The notes beneath the pieces were generated by a model. The model did no database searches. It was given only the letters and a program-made list of their open reading frames with translations, and had not been told where the DNA came from. Made by a program: the position numbers and the translations under genes. From Spirochaetia bacterium (lineage in GTDB: Bacteria; Spirochaetota; Spirochaetia; CAKZLE01), in contig OY782041.1 in NCBI GenBank assembly GCA_963677595.1, forward strand, positions 832,001 to 896,000: DNA of 64,000 nt, in the 5' to 3' direction. Each line of letters opens with the position of its first letter. The stretch's first letter is position 1. Positions 39,461 through 50,860 of the stretch are shown piece after piece.

Positions 39461-41029
39461 TCAGGCATGCAGCAGGCGGTACTCCAGGGAGTCCACCAGC
39501 GCAAGCCAGCTGGCCTGTATGATGTCCGTCGAGACCCCGACCGTAGTCCAGGTCCTCATGCCGTCCGTCGATTCGATCAGGACCCGTACCCGTGCAGCCG
39601 ATGCCTGCTTGGAATCGAGCACCCGCACCTTGAAGTCTGTGAGGCTCACATGCTTGAGCACGGGGTAGAAGACCTCGAGTGCCTTGCGGAGCGCCCTGTC
39701 CAGGGCGTTGACCGGTCCGTCACCCTCAGCTGCCGTGATCTCCTCTGCCCCGTCAACAGAGATCTTGATCATGGCTGAGCTGCTCATCTCCTTCTTGTCG
39801 CTCGGCTGCTCCCCAATGATCTTGAAGTGGTCGAGCTCGAAGAACGGCCGGTACTTCCCGAGGTGCTTCCTGATCACCAGCTCGAAGGAGCTCTCTGCTG
39901 CCTCGAACTGGTAGCCTTCCATCTCGAGCTCCTTGAGCCGCTTGATGATGGCTTTCGTCTCAGGGGAGTCCTTGTCGAGGTCAGGGGAGATCTTCTGGAT
40001 CTTCTTGAGGATCATCGACCTCCCTGAGACCTCGCTCATCAGCAGCCGCCGCTCGTTGCCGACCAGGTCGGGCTGGATATGCTCAAAGGAGAGCGGGTTC
40101 TTGTTGATCCCGTCGATATGCATCCCGCCCTTGTGGGCGAAAGAACTCTTCCCGACATAGGGCATACCGTGCGGTATCCTGATGTTGGCGATCTCGGCGA
40201 TGATCGTCGCCGTGCTCGTGAGCATCTCCAGGTTGCCTTCCGGCAGGCAGGGGATGCCCATCTTCTGCTCGAAGGCAGGGATCAGGGAGGAGAGGTTGGC
40301 GTTCCCGCACCGTTCCCCGAAGCCGACGAATGTCCCCTGCACATGGCAGGCTCCTGCTTCTACGGCCTGTACCGAGTTCGCGACCGCCATCCCCCCGTCA
40401 TTATGGGCATGGATGCCGATCCTGGACCCGGGGCAGTGCTCGAGGGCAACCCTCGTTGCCTTATGGACCTGGGAAGGGAGCGCCCCGCCGTTCGTCTCAC
40501 AGAGGACGAGCGTCTTCGCCCCTCCTTCGATCGCGGCATCGAGTGTCCGGAGGGCATACTCGGGGTTGCTCTTGTACCCGTCGAAGTAGTGCTCGGCATC
40601 GAAGATGACCTCCTTCCCCTTCTCCTTGAAGAAGGCGATGGTCTCCCTGATCATCGCAAGGTTCTCCTCGAGGGTAGTCCTGATGATGTCAGTGACATGG
40701 AAGTCCCAGCTCTTGCCGAAGATCACCACGACCGGGGTGTTCGCCACGAGCAGGGACTGCACGTTCGCATCATCCTCCACCTTGATGTCCCGCCGCCGGG
40801 TACTCCCGAAGGCCGCGAGTCTCGCATGCTTCAGGTCCATCTTCTCGGCATAGCTGAAGAACTCGAGGTCCTTGGGGTTGGAGCCGGGGTTCCCGGCCTC
40901 GACATAGGAGACCCCGATCGCATCGAGTGCCTCGAGGATCTGTATCTTGTCATGGACGCTGAAGGAGATCCCCTCTCCCTGTGCACCGTCCCTCAGTGTC
41001 GAATCGAAAATCTCTACTGTTCTACTCAT
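39461..41029 (-). CDS. cimA: Citramalate synthase
   Basis: DSTLRDGAQGEG, PGSNPKD, GKSWDFHV, DAEHYFDG, AHKGGMH are typical of bacterial CimA. Confidence 0.88.
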   Translation of the reverse strand: MSRTVEIFDSTLRDGAQGEGISFSVHDKIQILEALDAIGVSYVEAGNPGSNPKDLEFFSYAEKMDLKHARLAAFGSTRRRDIKVEDDANVQSLLVANTPVVVIFGKSWDFHVTDIIRTTLEENLAMIRETIAFFKEKGKEVIFDAEHYFDGYKSNPEYALRTLDAAIEGGAKTLVLCETNGGALPSQVHKATRVALEHCPGSRIGIHAHNDGGMAVANSVQAVEAGACHVQGTFVGFGERCGNANLSSLIPAFEQKMGIPCLPEGNLEMLTSTATIIAEIANIRIPHGMPYVGKSSFAHKGGMHIDGINKNPLSFEHIQPDLVGNERRLLMSEVSGRSMILKKIQKISPDLDKDSPETKAIIKRLKELEMEGYQFEAAESSFELVIRKHLGKYRPFFELDHFKIIGEQPSDKKEMSSSAMIKISVDGAEEITAAEGDGPVNALDRALRKALEVFYPVLKHVSLTDFKVRVLDSKQASAARVRVLIESTDGMRTWTTVGVSTDIIQASWLALVDSLEYRLLHA

Positions 41030-42543
41030 CTGTTCATCTCACCTGCCAATCTGTTCACGGCATAGAGACATGCCTTGATGCTGGCCTCCACGACATCAGT
41101 ACTGACACCGCGGCCCTTGTATACCCGCTCATCCGACCGGATCCGTACCGAGACCTCGCCCTGGGCATCCTTCCCGCCGGTGACGGCATGGATGTTGTAC
41201 TCCTCGAGGGTGAAGGGGATGCCGGTGATACGTTCGATCGCCTTGAAGGAGGCATCGACAGGCCCGTCACCGGTAGCCACATCCTGGAACTTCTTCCCGT
41301 CCCTGCTCAAGGTCATGCAGGAGGTCGCCGTCATCATGTTGCCTGAGTTGATGACGAACCGCACGAGCTTGTAGGTCTCCCTGGTGTCAGTGGAGCGGTT
41401 CTCGATCAGCGCCTCGATGTCACGGTCGGAGACGACCTTCTTCTTGTCCGCAAGCACCTTGAACTGCTTGAAGACCTCATCCATCTCGGCCTTGTCGTCA
41501 GTCGGGAACCCGAGTGACTGCACCCGGTCGATGAAGGCATGGCGGCCGGAGTGCTTGCCGAGCACCATCTTGTTCTCATGGAGCCCGATCGATCCCGGGG
41601 TCATGATCTCATAGGTCTCGGTGTGTGCAAGGACACCGTGCTGGTGGATCCCTGACTCATGGGCGAAGGCGTTCGCCCCCACGATCGCTTTGTTGGGCTG
41701 GACCGACACACCGGTGATCGTCGAGAGCAGCCGGCTCGTCCGGTAGATCTCTGTGGTCTTGATGTTCGTCTCAAGATCATAGAAATCCTTCCTCGTATTG
41801 AGGATCATGGCGATCTCCTCGAGAGCCGCGTTCCCTGCCCGCTCCCCGATGCCGTTGATCGTGCATTCGAGCTGGGTCGCACCGGCCTTTGCCGCTGCGA
41901 GGGTGTTCGCCACCCCGAGCCCGAGGTCGTTATGGCAGTGGACCGAGATGATCGCCTTGTCGATGTTCGGGACATTGTTCCTGATCGCCGAGATGAGGGC
42001 GCCGTACTCGTCCGGGGTCGTGTACCCGACGGTATCGGGGACATTGATGACAGAAGCCCCTGCATCGATGACCGCCTCGAAGACCCGGTAGAGGAACTCC
42101 CAGTCACTCCGGGAGGCATCCTCGGCTGAGAACTCGATGTTGCCGCAGAGGTTGCGGGCATAGGCGACCATGTCGCGGGCCTGGGAGAGGACATCCTCCG
42201 GGTCCATCTTCAGCTTGTACTGCATATGGATCGGGGAGGTCGCGATGAAGGTATGGATCCGCGGGCTCACTGCCTTCTGCACAGCACCCCAGGATGCATC
42301 TATATCCTTCTTGAGCGCCCGTGAGAGCGATGCTACCGTACTGTTCTTCACGGCTGCGGAGACAGCCTCGATGGCTGCGAAGTCACCGGGGGAAGCGATA
42401 GCGAAACCGGCTTCCATGACATCGACCTGCAGGGCTTCCAGCTGTTTTGCCAACCGCACCTTCTCATCGAGGTTCATGCTGTAGCCCGGTGCCTGTTCTC
42501 CATCCCGTAATGTCGTATCAAAAATATAAACTCGTCCTGCCAT
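41026..42543 (-). CDS. leuA: 2-isopropylmalate synthase
   Basis: DTTLRDGEQAPG, HCHNDLG, GERAGN, HESGIHQHG, GKHSGR. Confidence 0.96.
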   Translation of the reverse strand: MAGRVYIFDTTLRDGEQAPGYSMNLDEKVRLAKQLEALQVDVMEAGFAIASPGDFAAIEAVSAAVKNSTVASLSRALKKDIDASWGAVQKAVSPRIHTFIATSPIHMQYKLKMDPEDVLSQARDMVAYARNLCGNIEFSAEDASRSDWEFLYRVFEAVIDAGASVINVPDTVGYTTPDEYGALISAIRNNVPNIDKAIISVHCHNDLGLGVANTLAAAKAGATQLECTINGIGERAGNAALEEIAMILNTRKDFYDLETNIKTTEIYRTSRLLSTITGVSVQPNKAIVGANAFAHESGIHQHGVLAHTETYEIMTPGSIGLHENKMVLGKHSGRHAFIDRVQSLGFPTDDKAEMDEVFKQFKVLADKKKVVSDRDIEALIENRSTDTRETYKLVRFVINSGNMMTATSCMTLSRDGKKFQDVATGDGPVDASFKAIERITGIPFTLEEYNIHAVTGGKDAQGEVSVRIRSDERVYKGRGVSTDVVEASIKACLYAVNRLAGEMNR

Positions 42544-42619
42544 CTCCTGTTCGCTCCTTACAATTCGACTTCACATCTGTCCGGCAGGCGAACCTGCCGG
42601 GCAGACTACTCATGGTATG

Positions 42620-44135
<1,516 letters not shown>

Positions 44136-44291
44136 ACTCAACTCCTTTACGCATTGTCTCTCATGCTTTAAACATTCATGAACAGGGAGTGCCATGCCCT
44201 CACCACCCATGATATACGATTCCTAGGAGAGATGCATCAACAGACACCACTCCCTAGGCCTTTTATCACTGACCTTTGGCTACGGTAAGCA

Positions 44292-44543
44292 CTATAGGCT
44301 GATAATTACGAGGTTAATAAGGGTAATAAGAATTACTAGAACGGGCAGAAGTACAATCACGGGAGTGACTGCAGATAGTATCAGGGAGATACTCACGACA
44401 GAGAGGAGGAGAAGAAGGGATACGATTAAGAACGCCTTGAAAGATTCGGGTTGTTGTCCTGTTTGCTCAGACCGCTTCGCCATCCAGTCACTGTATGAGG
44501 GACGACGACTCGTGCGGGAGCAATTCTCCATACACATTGTCAT
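44292..44543 (-). CDS. Putative ilv-leu leader peptide (83 aa)
   Basis: SD AGAGG plus ATG 44543; 33 of the last 46 codons are Leu/Ile/Val; first ORF after the operon promoter. Confidence 0.7.
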   Translation of the reverse strand: MTMCMENCSRTSRRPSYSDWMAKRSEQTGQQPESFKAFLIVSLLLLLSVVSISLILSAVTPVIVLLPVLVILITLINLVIISL

Positions 44544-44573
44544 AATATACCTCTGTATATACGTATTTGTCTT

Positions 44574-44602
44574 AATGTATAACCCTGCGGTGAGATAGTC
44601 AA
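44574..44602 (-). promoter_or_regulatory. Sigma-70 promoter of the ilv-leu operon
   Basis: TTGACT-17-TACATT. Confidence 0.75.
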
Positions 44603-44702
44603 GAAGCATCATGAATTTTATCAGTATATTTCCTGCATAAATATTACCCTTTTTGCATAATTCATATTGCTAATCTTAATCCCGTGCTTTATGCTCCTGA
44701 CT

Positions 44703-46001
44703 ATGAACAAGACTATCGCACGACACAGCATCGGAGGAACGGTGCTCGTCCCCTCCTCGAAGTCCCAGACGATCCGGGCGCTGCTCATAGCGACTATGGC
44801 AGACGGGAAGAGCACGATTCTCAACCCACTCCGCTCGCAGGACACGCTCTCCTGCCTGGAGGCCTGCAGAGCCTTCGGGGCCGGGATTACCGAGATCTCC
44901 GACGGCTGGGAGGTCACCGGGATCTCCGCATCCCTCCCCTCTGCTGAACCGCTCGTGATAGATACCGGGAACTCCGGCACGACTCTCTACCTCGGGGCAG
45001 GGATCGCCGCTTCGCTCGGCAGGCCGGTGATCTTCACCGGGGACGAGCAGATCAGGAGCCGGCCGGTAGCTCCGCTGCTGAAAGCCTTCGAGGACCTCGG
45101 GGCACAGATCAGCTTCGAGATCGACCAGTCCCTCGGACTGGAGGAATCACTGAAGGAGGGCTGCCCCCCCTTCATGATCACCGGGCCGCTCAAGGGAGGG
45201 TTCACCTCCATCGAGTGCCCGACGAGCCAGTACCTCTCATCGCTGCTCCTTGCCGCCCCGCTTGCGGAGGACCAGTCGATCATAGAGGTGCCGCTGCTCA
45301 ACGAGCGGCCCTACGTGGGGATGACCGAGGCATGGCTTGCCGAGCAGGGCATCCGCTACTCATCCTCCCCGGACGATGTCTTCATCGTCGAACCGGGCCA
45401 GCACTATACCCCCTACAGCAGGGCGGTCTCCGGTGACTTCTCCTCCGCCTCGTTCTTCTTCTGTGCGGCGGCTATCACCGGATGCACCCTCACCCTCGAA
45501 GGACTCGACCCTGATGACACCCAGGGTGATAAAGATATCCTCCATGCTCTCGAACAGATGGGCTGCTCTATCTCATGGGAAGGCCACAGCGTGACGGTCA
45601 CCGGGCCGGAAGACGGGCTGAAGGGAGGTATCTCCCTCGATCTCAACCCGATCCCCGACACCCTGCCGGTCCTGGCAGCGACTGCCTGCTTCGCCGACGG
45701 TGAGGTTCGCCTGGAGAACGTGCCGCAGGCACGGATCAAGGAGACGGACAGGATCGCCGTCATGTGCAGCGAACTGGCGAGACTCGGTGCCGATATCTCC
45801 GAACTGCCCGACGGGCTCGTGATCAGGGGGACCGGTTCCCTCACCGGCGGGACCGTCTCAGGCCATGGGGACCACCGGGTGATCATGGCCTGTGCGACAG
45901 CCGCCCTTGCCTGTGATGAGGAGATCACCATCGAGGGAACAGATGCTGTCGATATCACTTGTCCCGACTTCTTTACTCTGTTAGACTCTATCATGAAATA
46001 A
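44703..46001 (+). CDS. aroA: 3-phosphoshikimate 1-carboxyvinyltransferase (EPSP synthase)
   Basis: PSSKSQTIR, GNSGT, RSRP, SQYLSSLL, RIKETDRI, DHR. Confidence 0.93.
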   Translation: MNKTIARHSIGGTVLVPSSKSQTIRALLIATMADGKSTILNPLRSQDTLSCLEACRAFGAGITEISDGWEVTGISASLPSAEPLVIDTGNSGTTLYLGAGIAASLGRPVIFTGDEQIRSRPVAPLLKAFEDLGAQISFEIDQSLGLEESLKEGCPPFMITGPLKGGFTSIECPTSQYLSSLLLAAPLAEDQSIIEVPLLNERPYVGMTEAWLAEQGIRYSSSPDDVFIVEPGQHYTPYSRAVSGDFSSASFFFCAAAITGCTLTLEGLDPDDTQGDKDILHALEQMGCSISWEGHSVTVTGPEDGLKGGISLDLNPIPDTLPVLAATACFADGEVRLENVPQARIKETDRIAVMCSELARLGADISELPDGLVIRGTGSLTGGTVSGHGDHRVIMACATAALACDEEITIEGTDAVDITCPDFFTLLDSIMK

Positions 46002-46019
46002 GAGCAACAGGAGTCTTAC

Positions 46020-47027
46020 ATGACAGATCTCAGAAGTGACACGACCACAAGACCCTCAAAAGCTATGAGGGAAGCCATGATGCATGCCGAGGTAGGCGAC
46101 GACGTCTACCGGGAGGATCCGACGATGAACCGCCTCGAGGAGACGGCCGCACGGATCACCGGCAAGGAGGCTGCCCTCTTCGTCTCGTCAGGTTCCATGG
46201 GGAACCTGATCTCGCTCTACATCAACGGCGGCCGGGGCAACGAGGTGCTGACCAGTCGCGACAGCCATATCCTCCTCCACGAGGTGGGTTCCCCCGCAGC
46301 CGTGGCAGGCGTCCTGCCGATCGGGCTTGATGCCGACCGGGGCATCCTCGATGCACGGACGATCGCGGCCCATCTCCATCCCAGCGATTATGCGGTCTCG
46401 CCTGTCACCCTCATCGAGGTCGAGAACACCATGAACGGTACCTGCTACCCGCAGGAGAACCTTCATGCGATACGGTCCCTGGCTGATACCCACGGGTTGA
46501 AGGTCCACATGGACGGGGCACGCCTCTTCAATGCCGTGGTCGCCCAGAAGACCTCTGCACAGTCCATCTGCCGCTATGCAGACACGGTGAGCTTCTGCCT
46601 CTCCAAGGGCCTCGGGGCACCGGTGGGCAGCATGCTCTGCGGCTCTCAGGAGTTCATCGACCGGGCCCTTGCCGTGAGGAAACTCCTCGGGGGCGGCATG
46701 CGCCAGGTCGGGATCCTCGCCGCTGCCGGTCTCTACGCCCTCGAGCACAATGTCGAGCGGTTGGCCGATGACCACCGGCGGGCACAGCAGATCGCAGAAG
46801 CACTTTCCGCATCCAGCTGGGCAGAGGTTGACCCGGCAACCGTCGAGACGAACATCATCTTCTTCCACACCCCGGACGTGGATGCCGCTGAGGCAGTGAG
46901 GCGGCTTGCCGAGAAGGGTATCCTCTGCTTCGCCATGAACGGTGAGGAGATCAGGATGGTGACCCATCTCGACATCACCGATGAGGATGTGGAGAAGACA
47001 GCCAGGGCCGTGAAGAGCCTCTTCTGA
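46020..47027 (+). CDS. ltaE: Low-specificity L-threonine aldolase
   Basis: DLRSDTTTRP, VGDDVY, HMDGARLFNA, CLSKGLGAPVG, GGGMRQ. Confidence 0.93.
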   Translation: MTDLRSDTTTRPSKAMREAMMHAEVGDDVYREDPTMNRLEETAARITGKEAALFVSSGSMGNLISLYINGGRGNEVLTSRDSHILLHEVGSPAAVAGVLPIGLDADRGILDARTIAAHLHPSDYAVSPVTLIEVENTMNGTCYPQENLHAIRSLADTHGLKVHMDGARLFNAVVAQKTSAQSICRYADTVSFCLSKGLGAPVGSMLCGSQEFIDRALAVRKLLGGGMRQVGILAAAGLYALEHNVERLADDHRRAQQIAEALSASSWAEVDPATVETNIIFFHTPDVDAAEAVRRLAEKGILCFAMNGEEIRMVTHLDITDEDVEKTARAVKSLF

Positions 47028-47168
47028 ACCTACCGAAACCCTATCTTGACACCACTCTATCAGACTGTATCAATATACTGTTTTTATACCGAAAACTGCA
47101 TATTGTGTGGACAAAACAGGTCTTCTACCGTATAGTGAAGTTTTAAGATTCATGGAGGTACTAAACGT

Positions 47169-48164
47169 ATGAAAAAGATTCTATCATTACTCATCCTGAT
47201 CACACTCATCGCCGCTCCAGTGTTTGCCCAGGGGGGCATGGAAGACGAAGGCAAGATCAAAGTCGGTTTCTCGAAGATCATCCAGCACCCGGCACTCGAC
47301 GCAGTCGAGCAGGGCGTCATGGACGTCCTCACTGAAGAGGGTGTCAATGTCTCATTCGATCTTCAGAACGCTAACGGCGATATGACCACCGCGAACTCCA
47401 TCGCCCAGAAGTTCAAGGCAGACAAGGTGGACTTCGCAGTCGGTATCGCGACCCCGACCGCACAGGCCCTTGCCAACGTCATCACTGACGGGGTGGTCAT
47501 CTACTCGGCAGTCACCGACCCGGTAGCTGCAGGACTCGTAGAATCATACGATAAAGGATATATGAACATCACCGGTGTCTCTGACATGACCCCGGTAGAT
47601 GCACAGGTCAAGATGCTCAAGGACCTTGCGGGCGTCACCAAGCTCGGCCACGTCTACACCAGCGGTGAGGCGAATGCAGTACTGCTCGCAGACATGACCA
47701 AGGCTGCCTGTGAGAAATACGGGATCAAGTTCGTTCCCGCAGCAGTCACCAACACCTCAGAGGTGAAGCAGGCTATTCAGTCCATCGCTGACAAGATCGA
47801 CGGTCTCTATGTCTCTACCGACAACACCGTCGTCTCAGCTATGCCTTCACTCGTGGATGTTGCGAACACCAAGGGTATCCCGGTACTTACCGCTGACCCG
47901 ACCTCCTCTACGGGTATCGGACTCGAAGTCCTGATCGCCTGGGGCTTCGACTACTACAAGGTCGGACGAGCTACCGGGTTCCTCATCAAGGACATCATCG
48001 ACGGTGCTAAGCCTGCTGACATCGGGACAGTCTTCATGACCGAGGCTTCTGACATCGAACTCTGGATCAACCTCGACAATGCCAAGAAACTCGGGATCGA
48101 GATCCCTGAGGAGATGATCAGGAATGCGACTGCCGTCATCGAGAATGGAGAGACCAAGTATTAA
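47169..48164 (+). CDS. ABC transporter substrate-binding protein (putative aromatic amino acid type)
   Basis: Signal peptide, QHPALD, NANGD, IATPTAQA, AVTDPV, TGVSD, TDNTV. Confidence 0.85.
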   Translation: MKKILSLLILITLIAAPVFAQGGMEDEGKIKVGFSKIIQHPALDAVEQGVMDVLTEEGVNVSFDLQNANGDMTTANSIAQKFKADKVDFAVGIATPTAQALANVITDGVVIYSAVTDPVAAGLVESYDKGYMNITGVSDMTPVDAQVKMLKDLAGVTKLGHVYTSGEANAVLLADMTKAACEKYGIKFVPAAVTNTSEVKQAIQSIADKIDGLYVSTDNTVVSAMPSLVDVANTKGIPVLTADPTSSTGIGLEVLIAWGFDYYKVGRATGFLIKDIIDGAKPADIGTVFMTEASDIELWINLDNAKKLGIEIPEEMIRNATAVIENGETKY

Positions 48165-48166
48165 TC

Positions 48167-49063
48167 ATGATTGAAGGAATTATTGTCGACGGCCTGATCT
48201 TCTCATTACTGGCACTGGGAGTGTTCATCAGCTTCAGGATCCTGGACTTCCCGGACCTGACGGTTGACGGATCGTTTGCTACTGGTGCCGCGATTGCGGC
48301 TATATGCATCATCAACGGTCTCGGCATCCTCGTTGCCACGCTCCTCGCCTTCATCGGCGGGGCGCTGGCCGGGGTACTTACCGCTGCCATTCACACGAAA
48401 CTCAAGATCCCGAACCTCCTGTCCGGGATCCTGGTCATGACCATGCTCTACTCGATCAACATCAGGATCCTCGGGGGACGGGCGAATGTCCCGCTGCTCA
48501 GGATCGATACGCTGTTCACCAAGGTGATCAGTCTCGGCGGGGCCATGCCGAGGGAGTACAGCCTGCTGATCTTCATGGTCCTCTTCGTGGGGATCATCAA
48601 GGTGCTCACCGATACCTTCTTCCGTACGGACCTCGGCATCACGCTCGGTGCGCTCGGGAACAATGAGCAGATGATCAAGACCAACGGGGTCAACCCCGAC
48701 ACCATCAAGGTCATCGGCCTTGCCCTCTCGAACGGCCTGGTCGCCCTCTCCGGGGCACTCCTCGGCCAGTACCAGGGGTTCGCTGATGCGAAACTCGGGC
48801 AGGGGATGATCGTTGAGGGACTCGCGGCAGTCATGCTCGGGGAGTTCCTCCTCAGGTCCAACAAGATCTTCTACATCACGTTGAGGATCGTGCTCGGGGC
48901 TATCCTCTACAAGGGCATCATGTTCTTCGGGCGGTACTACGGGTACTACATCCACATGACACCAAGCGACCTGAAGATGATCACCAGTATCCTGGTCATC
49001 CTCTCCCTGGTCATCGCCAAGAGTCAGGAAGCCGCTGGACAGAGGAGGAAAGAACGAAAATGA
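48167..49063 (+). CDS. ABC transporter permease
   Basis: FRILDFPDLTVDGSF, LYSINIRI, QYQGFAD. Confidence 0.9.
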   Translation: MIEGIIVDGLIFSLLALGVFISFRILDFPDLTVDGSFATGAAIAAICIINGLGILVATLLAFIGGALAGVLTAAIHTKLKIPNLLSGILVMTMLYSINIRILGGRANVPLLRIDTLFTKVISLGGAMPREYSLLIFMVLFVGIIKVLTDTFFRTDLGITLGALGNNEQMIKTNGVNPDTIKVIGLALSNGLVALSGALLGQYQGFADAKLGQGMIVEGLAAVMLGEFLLRSNKIFYITLRIVLGAILYKGIMFFGRYYGYYIHMTPSDLKMITSILVILSLVIAKSQEAAGQRRKERK

Positions 49064-49854
49064 TCAGACTCGAATCAATCTCAAAAGTCTTTCATCCCGG
49101 TACGGTGAATGAGAACCTGGCAATGAACAAGGTCTCCCTGAACGTGAACCCGGGGGACTTCATCACGATCGTCGGAAGCAACGGGGCGGGAAAGACCACC
49201 CTGTTCAACCTCATCTCAGGATCGATCTTCCCCAGCGGGGGAACGATCCACATCCACGATGAGGAGATGACGAAGGTGCCTGAGTACAGGCGTGCGAAAT
49301 ACATCGGGAGGATCTTCCAGGACCCTACCCTCGGTACGGCTGCGAACATGTCTCTCGAAGACAATATGGTCATCTGCAGCAAGAAGGGGTTCAAGGGTAT
49401 CAGGATGAGCCTCAACCATGCACTTCGCAGGAAGTTCTCTGAAGAGCTCAAGCCGCTCGACATGGGGCTCGAGAACCGGCTGAAGGACAATGTCGGCCTG
49501 CTCTCGGGAGGCCAGAGGCAGGCCCTCACCCTCCTGATGACCGTCCTCTCCCGTCCTGACCTGCTGCTGCTCGATGAGCATACCGCAGCCCTGGACCCGA
49601 GGAACGCCCAGATCGTCCTGGACCTGACCCAGCAGTTCATCACTGATTACAACCTCACGGCTATGATGATCACCCACAACATGAAGCACGCCATCGACTA
49701 CGGCAACCGGCTGCTCATGATGGACAAGGGGGAGATCATCCTCGATGTCGCCGGCGAGGAGAAGGAACGGCTCACCGTCGATGCCCTCGTGAAGAAGTTC
49801 CACGAGATCAGGCGGGTCGAGTACGCGACCGACGAGGACCTCCTGGTGACCTGA
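49060..49854 (+). CDS. ABC transporter ATP-binding protein
   Basis: GSNGAGKT, LSGGQRQ, LLLDEHTAALDP. Confidence 0.93.
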   Translation: MIRLESISKVFHPGTVNENLAMNKVSLNVNPGDFITIVGSNGAGKTTLFNLISGSIFPSGGTIHIHDEEMTKVPEYRRAKYIGRIFQDPTLGTAANMSLEDNMVICSKKGFKGIRMSLNHALRRKFSEELKPLDMGLENRLKDNVGLLSGGQRQALTLLMTVLSRPDLLLLDEHTAALDPRNAQIVLDLTQQFITDYNLTAMMITHNMKHAIDYGNRLLMMDKGEIILDVAGEEKERLTVDALVKKFHEIRRVEYATDEDLLVT

Positions 49855-49882
49855 AGAAACCGGGATTAATTTTGGAACTATC

Positions 49883-49916
49883 GAAGCAGCAGGTTTGAAT
49901 CCTGCTGCTTCTTTTT
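49883..49916 (+). terminator. Intrinsic terminator
   Basis: GAAGCAGCAGG/CCTGCTGCTTC followed by TTTTT. Confidence 0.88.
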
Positions 49917-49951
49917 ATATACTGACGGTAACGAGCAGCAGGAGTGATTAG

Positions 49952-50860
49952 ATGGATGTATTGAGGATCAGCGAAGAGATAGCGGAGGCCTTAAGAACCG
50001 GGAAGCCGGTCGTGGCCCTGGAGACGACGATCGTCTCCCATGGGATGCCCTACCCGGAGAACGTCGAGACAGCACGGCTGCTCGAGCGGACGGTCAGGGA
50101 GAATGGTGCAGTCCCGGCGACGATCGCCATCCTGGGGGGCAAGGTCCATGTAGGGATCACGGAGGATGAACTCGAGTTCCTCGCCACCAGCGATGCTATC
50201 ATAAAGGCCAGCAGGCGGGACTTGCCCGTTGTCTTCGCCAAGGGACTCCATGCAGCCACCACGGTCGCCACCACCATGATCTGTGCCAATATGGCCGGGA
50301 TCAGGATCTTCGCCACCGGCGGGGTCGGGGGCGTCCACCGCGGGGCCCAGCGGACCTTCGACATCTCGGCAGACCTCCAGGAACTCGGCAGGACGAATGT
50401 CGCCGTCATCTCGGCAGGCTCGAAGTCGATCCTCGACCTCCCCCTCACCCGCGAGTACCTCGAGACCCTCGGGGTCCCAGTCCTCGGTTACGGGACCGAC
50501 GAGCTGCCAGCCTTCTACACCCGGGAGAGCGGGCTTTCCGTCGACTTCCGGGTAGACTCCCCTGAAGAGGCCGCTGCCGTCCTCCATGCGAAATGGGACA
50601 ATAGCCTCGACGGCGGCGTCATGATCACCAACCCGATCCCAAAGGAGTACGCCCTCGACAAGGCCTATATAGATGCCATGATCGAGGAAGCCGTCTCGAA
50701 CGCCCGGGAGCAGGGGATCGAGGGCAAGGAGGTGACCCCCTTCCTGCTGGACCGGGTCAAGGAGCTGTCCGGGGGAAGGAGCCTGAAGGCGAACATCGAG
50801 CTGGTCAGGAACAATGCAGCCGTCGCGGCACGGATCGCTGAAGCATACTGGAGGGACTGA
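49952..50860 (+). CDS. psuG: Pseudouridine-5'-phosphate glycosidase
   Basis: PVVALETTIVSHGMPYP, ATTVATTM, TGGVGGVHRG, DISADL, KSILD. Confidence 0.93.
   Translation: MDVLRISEEIAEALRTGKPVVALETTIVSHGMPYPENVETARLLERTVRENGAVPATIAILGGKVHVGITEDELEFLATSDAIIKASRRDLPVVFAKGLHAATTVATTMICANMAGIRIFATGGVGGVHRGAQRTFDISADLQELGRTNVAVISAGSKSILDLPLTREYLETLGVPVLGYGTDELPAFYTRESGLSVDFRVDSPEEAAAVLHAKWDNSLDGGVMITNPIPKEYALDKAYIDAMIEEAVSNAREQGIEGKEVTPFLLDRVKELSGGRSLKANIELVRNNAAVAARIAEAYWRD

Noticed and set aside
49952-50860. psuG without an adjacent psuK kinase
   Set aside because: The kinase can be unlinked; this cannot be judged from one window.
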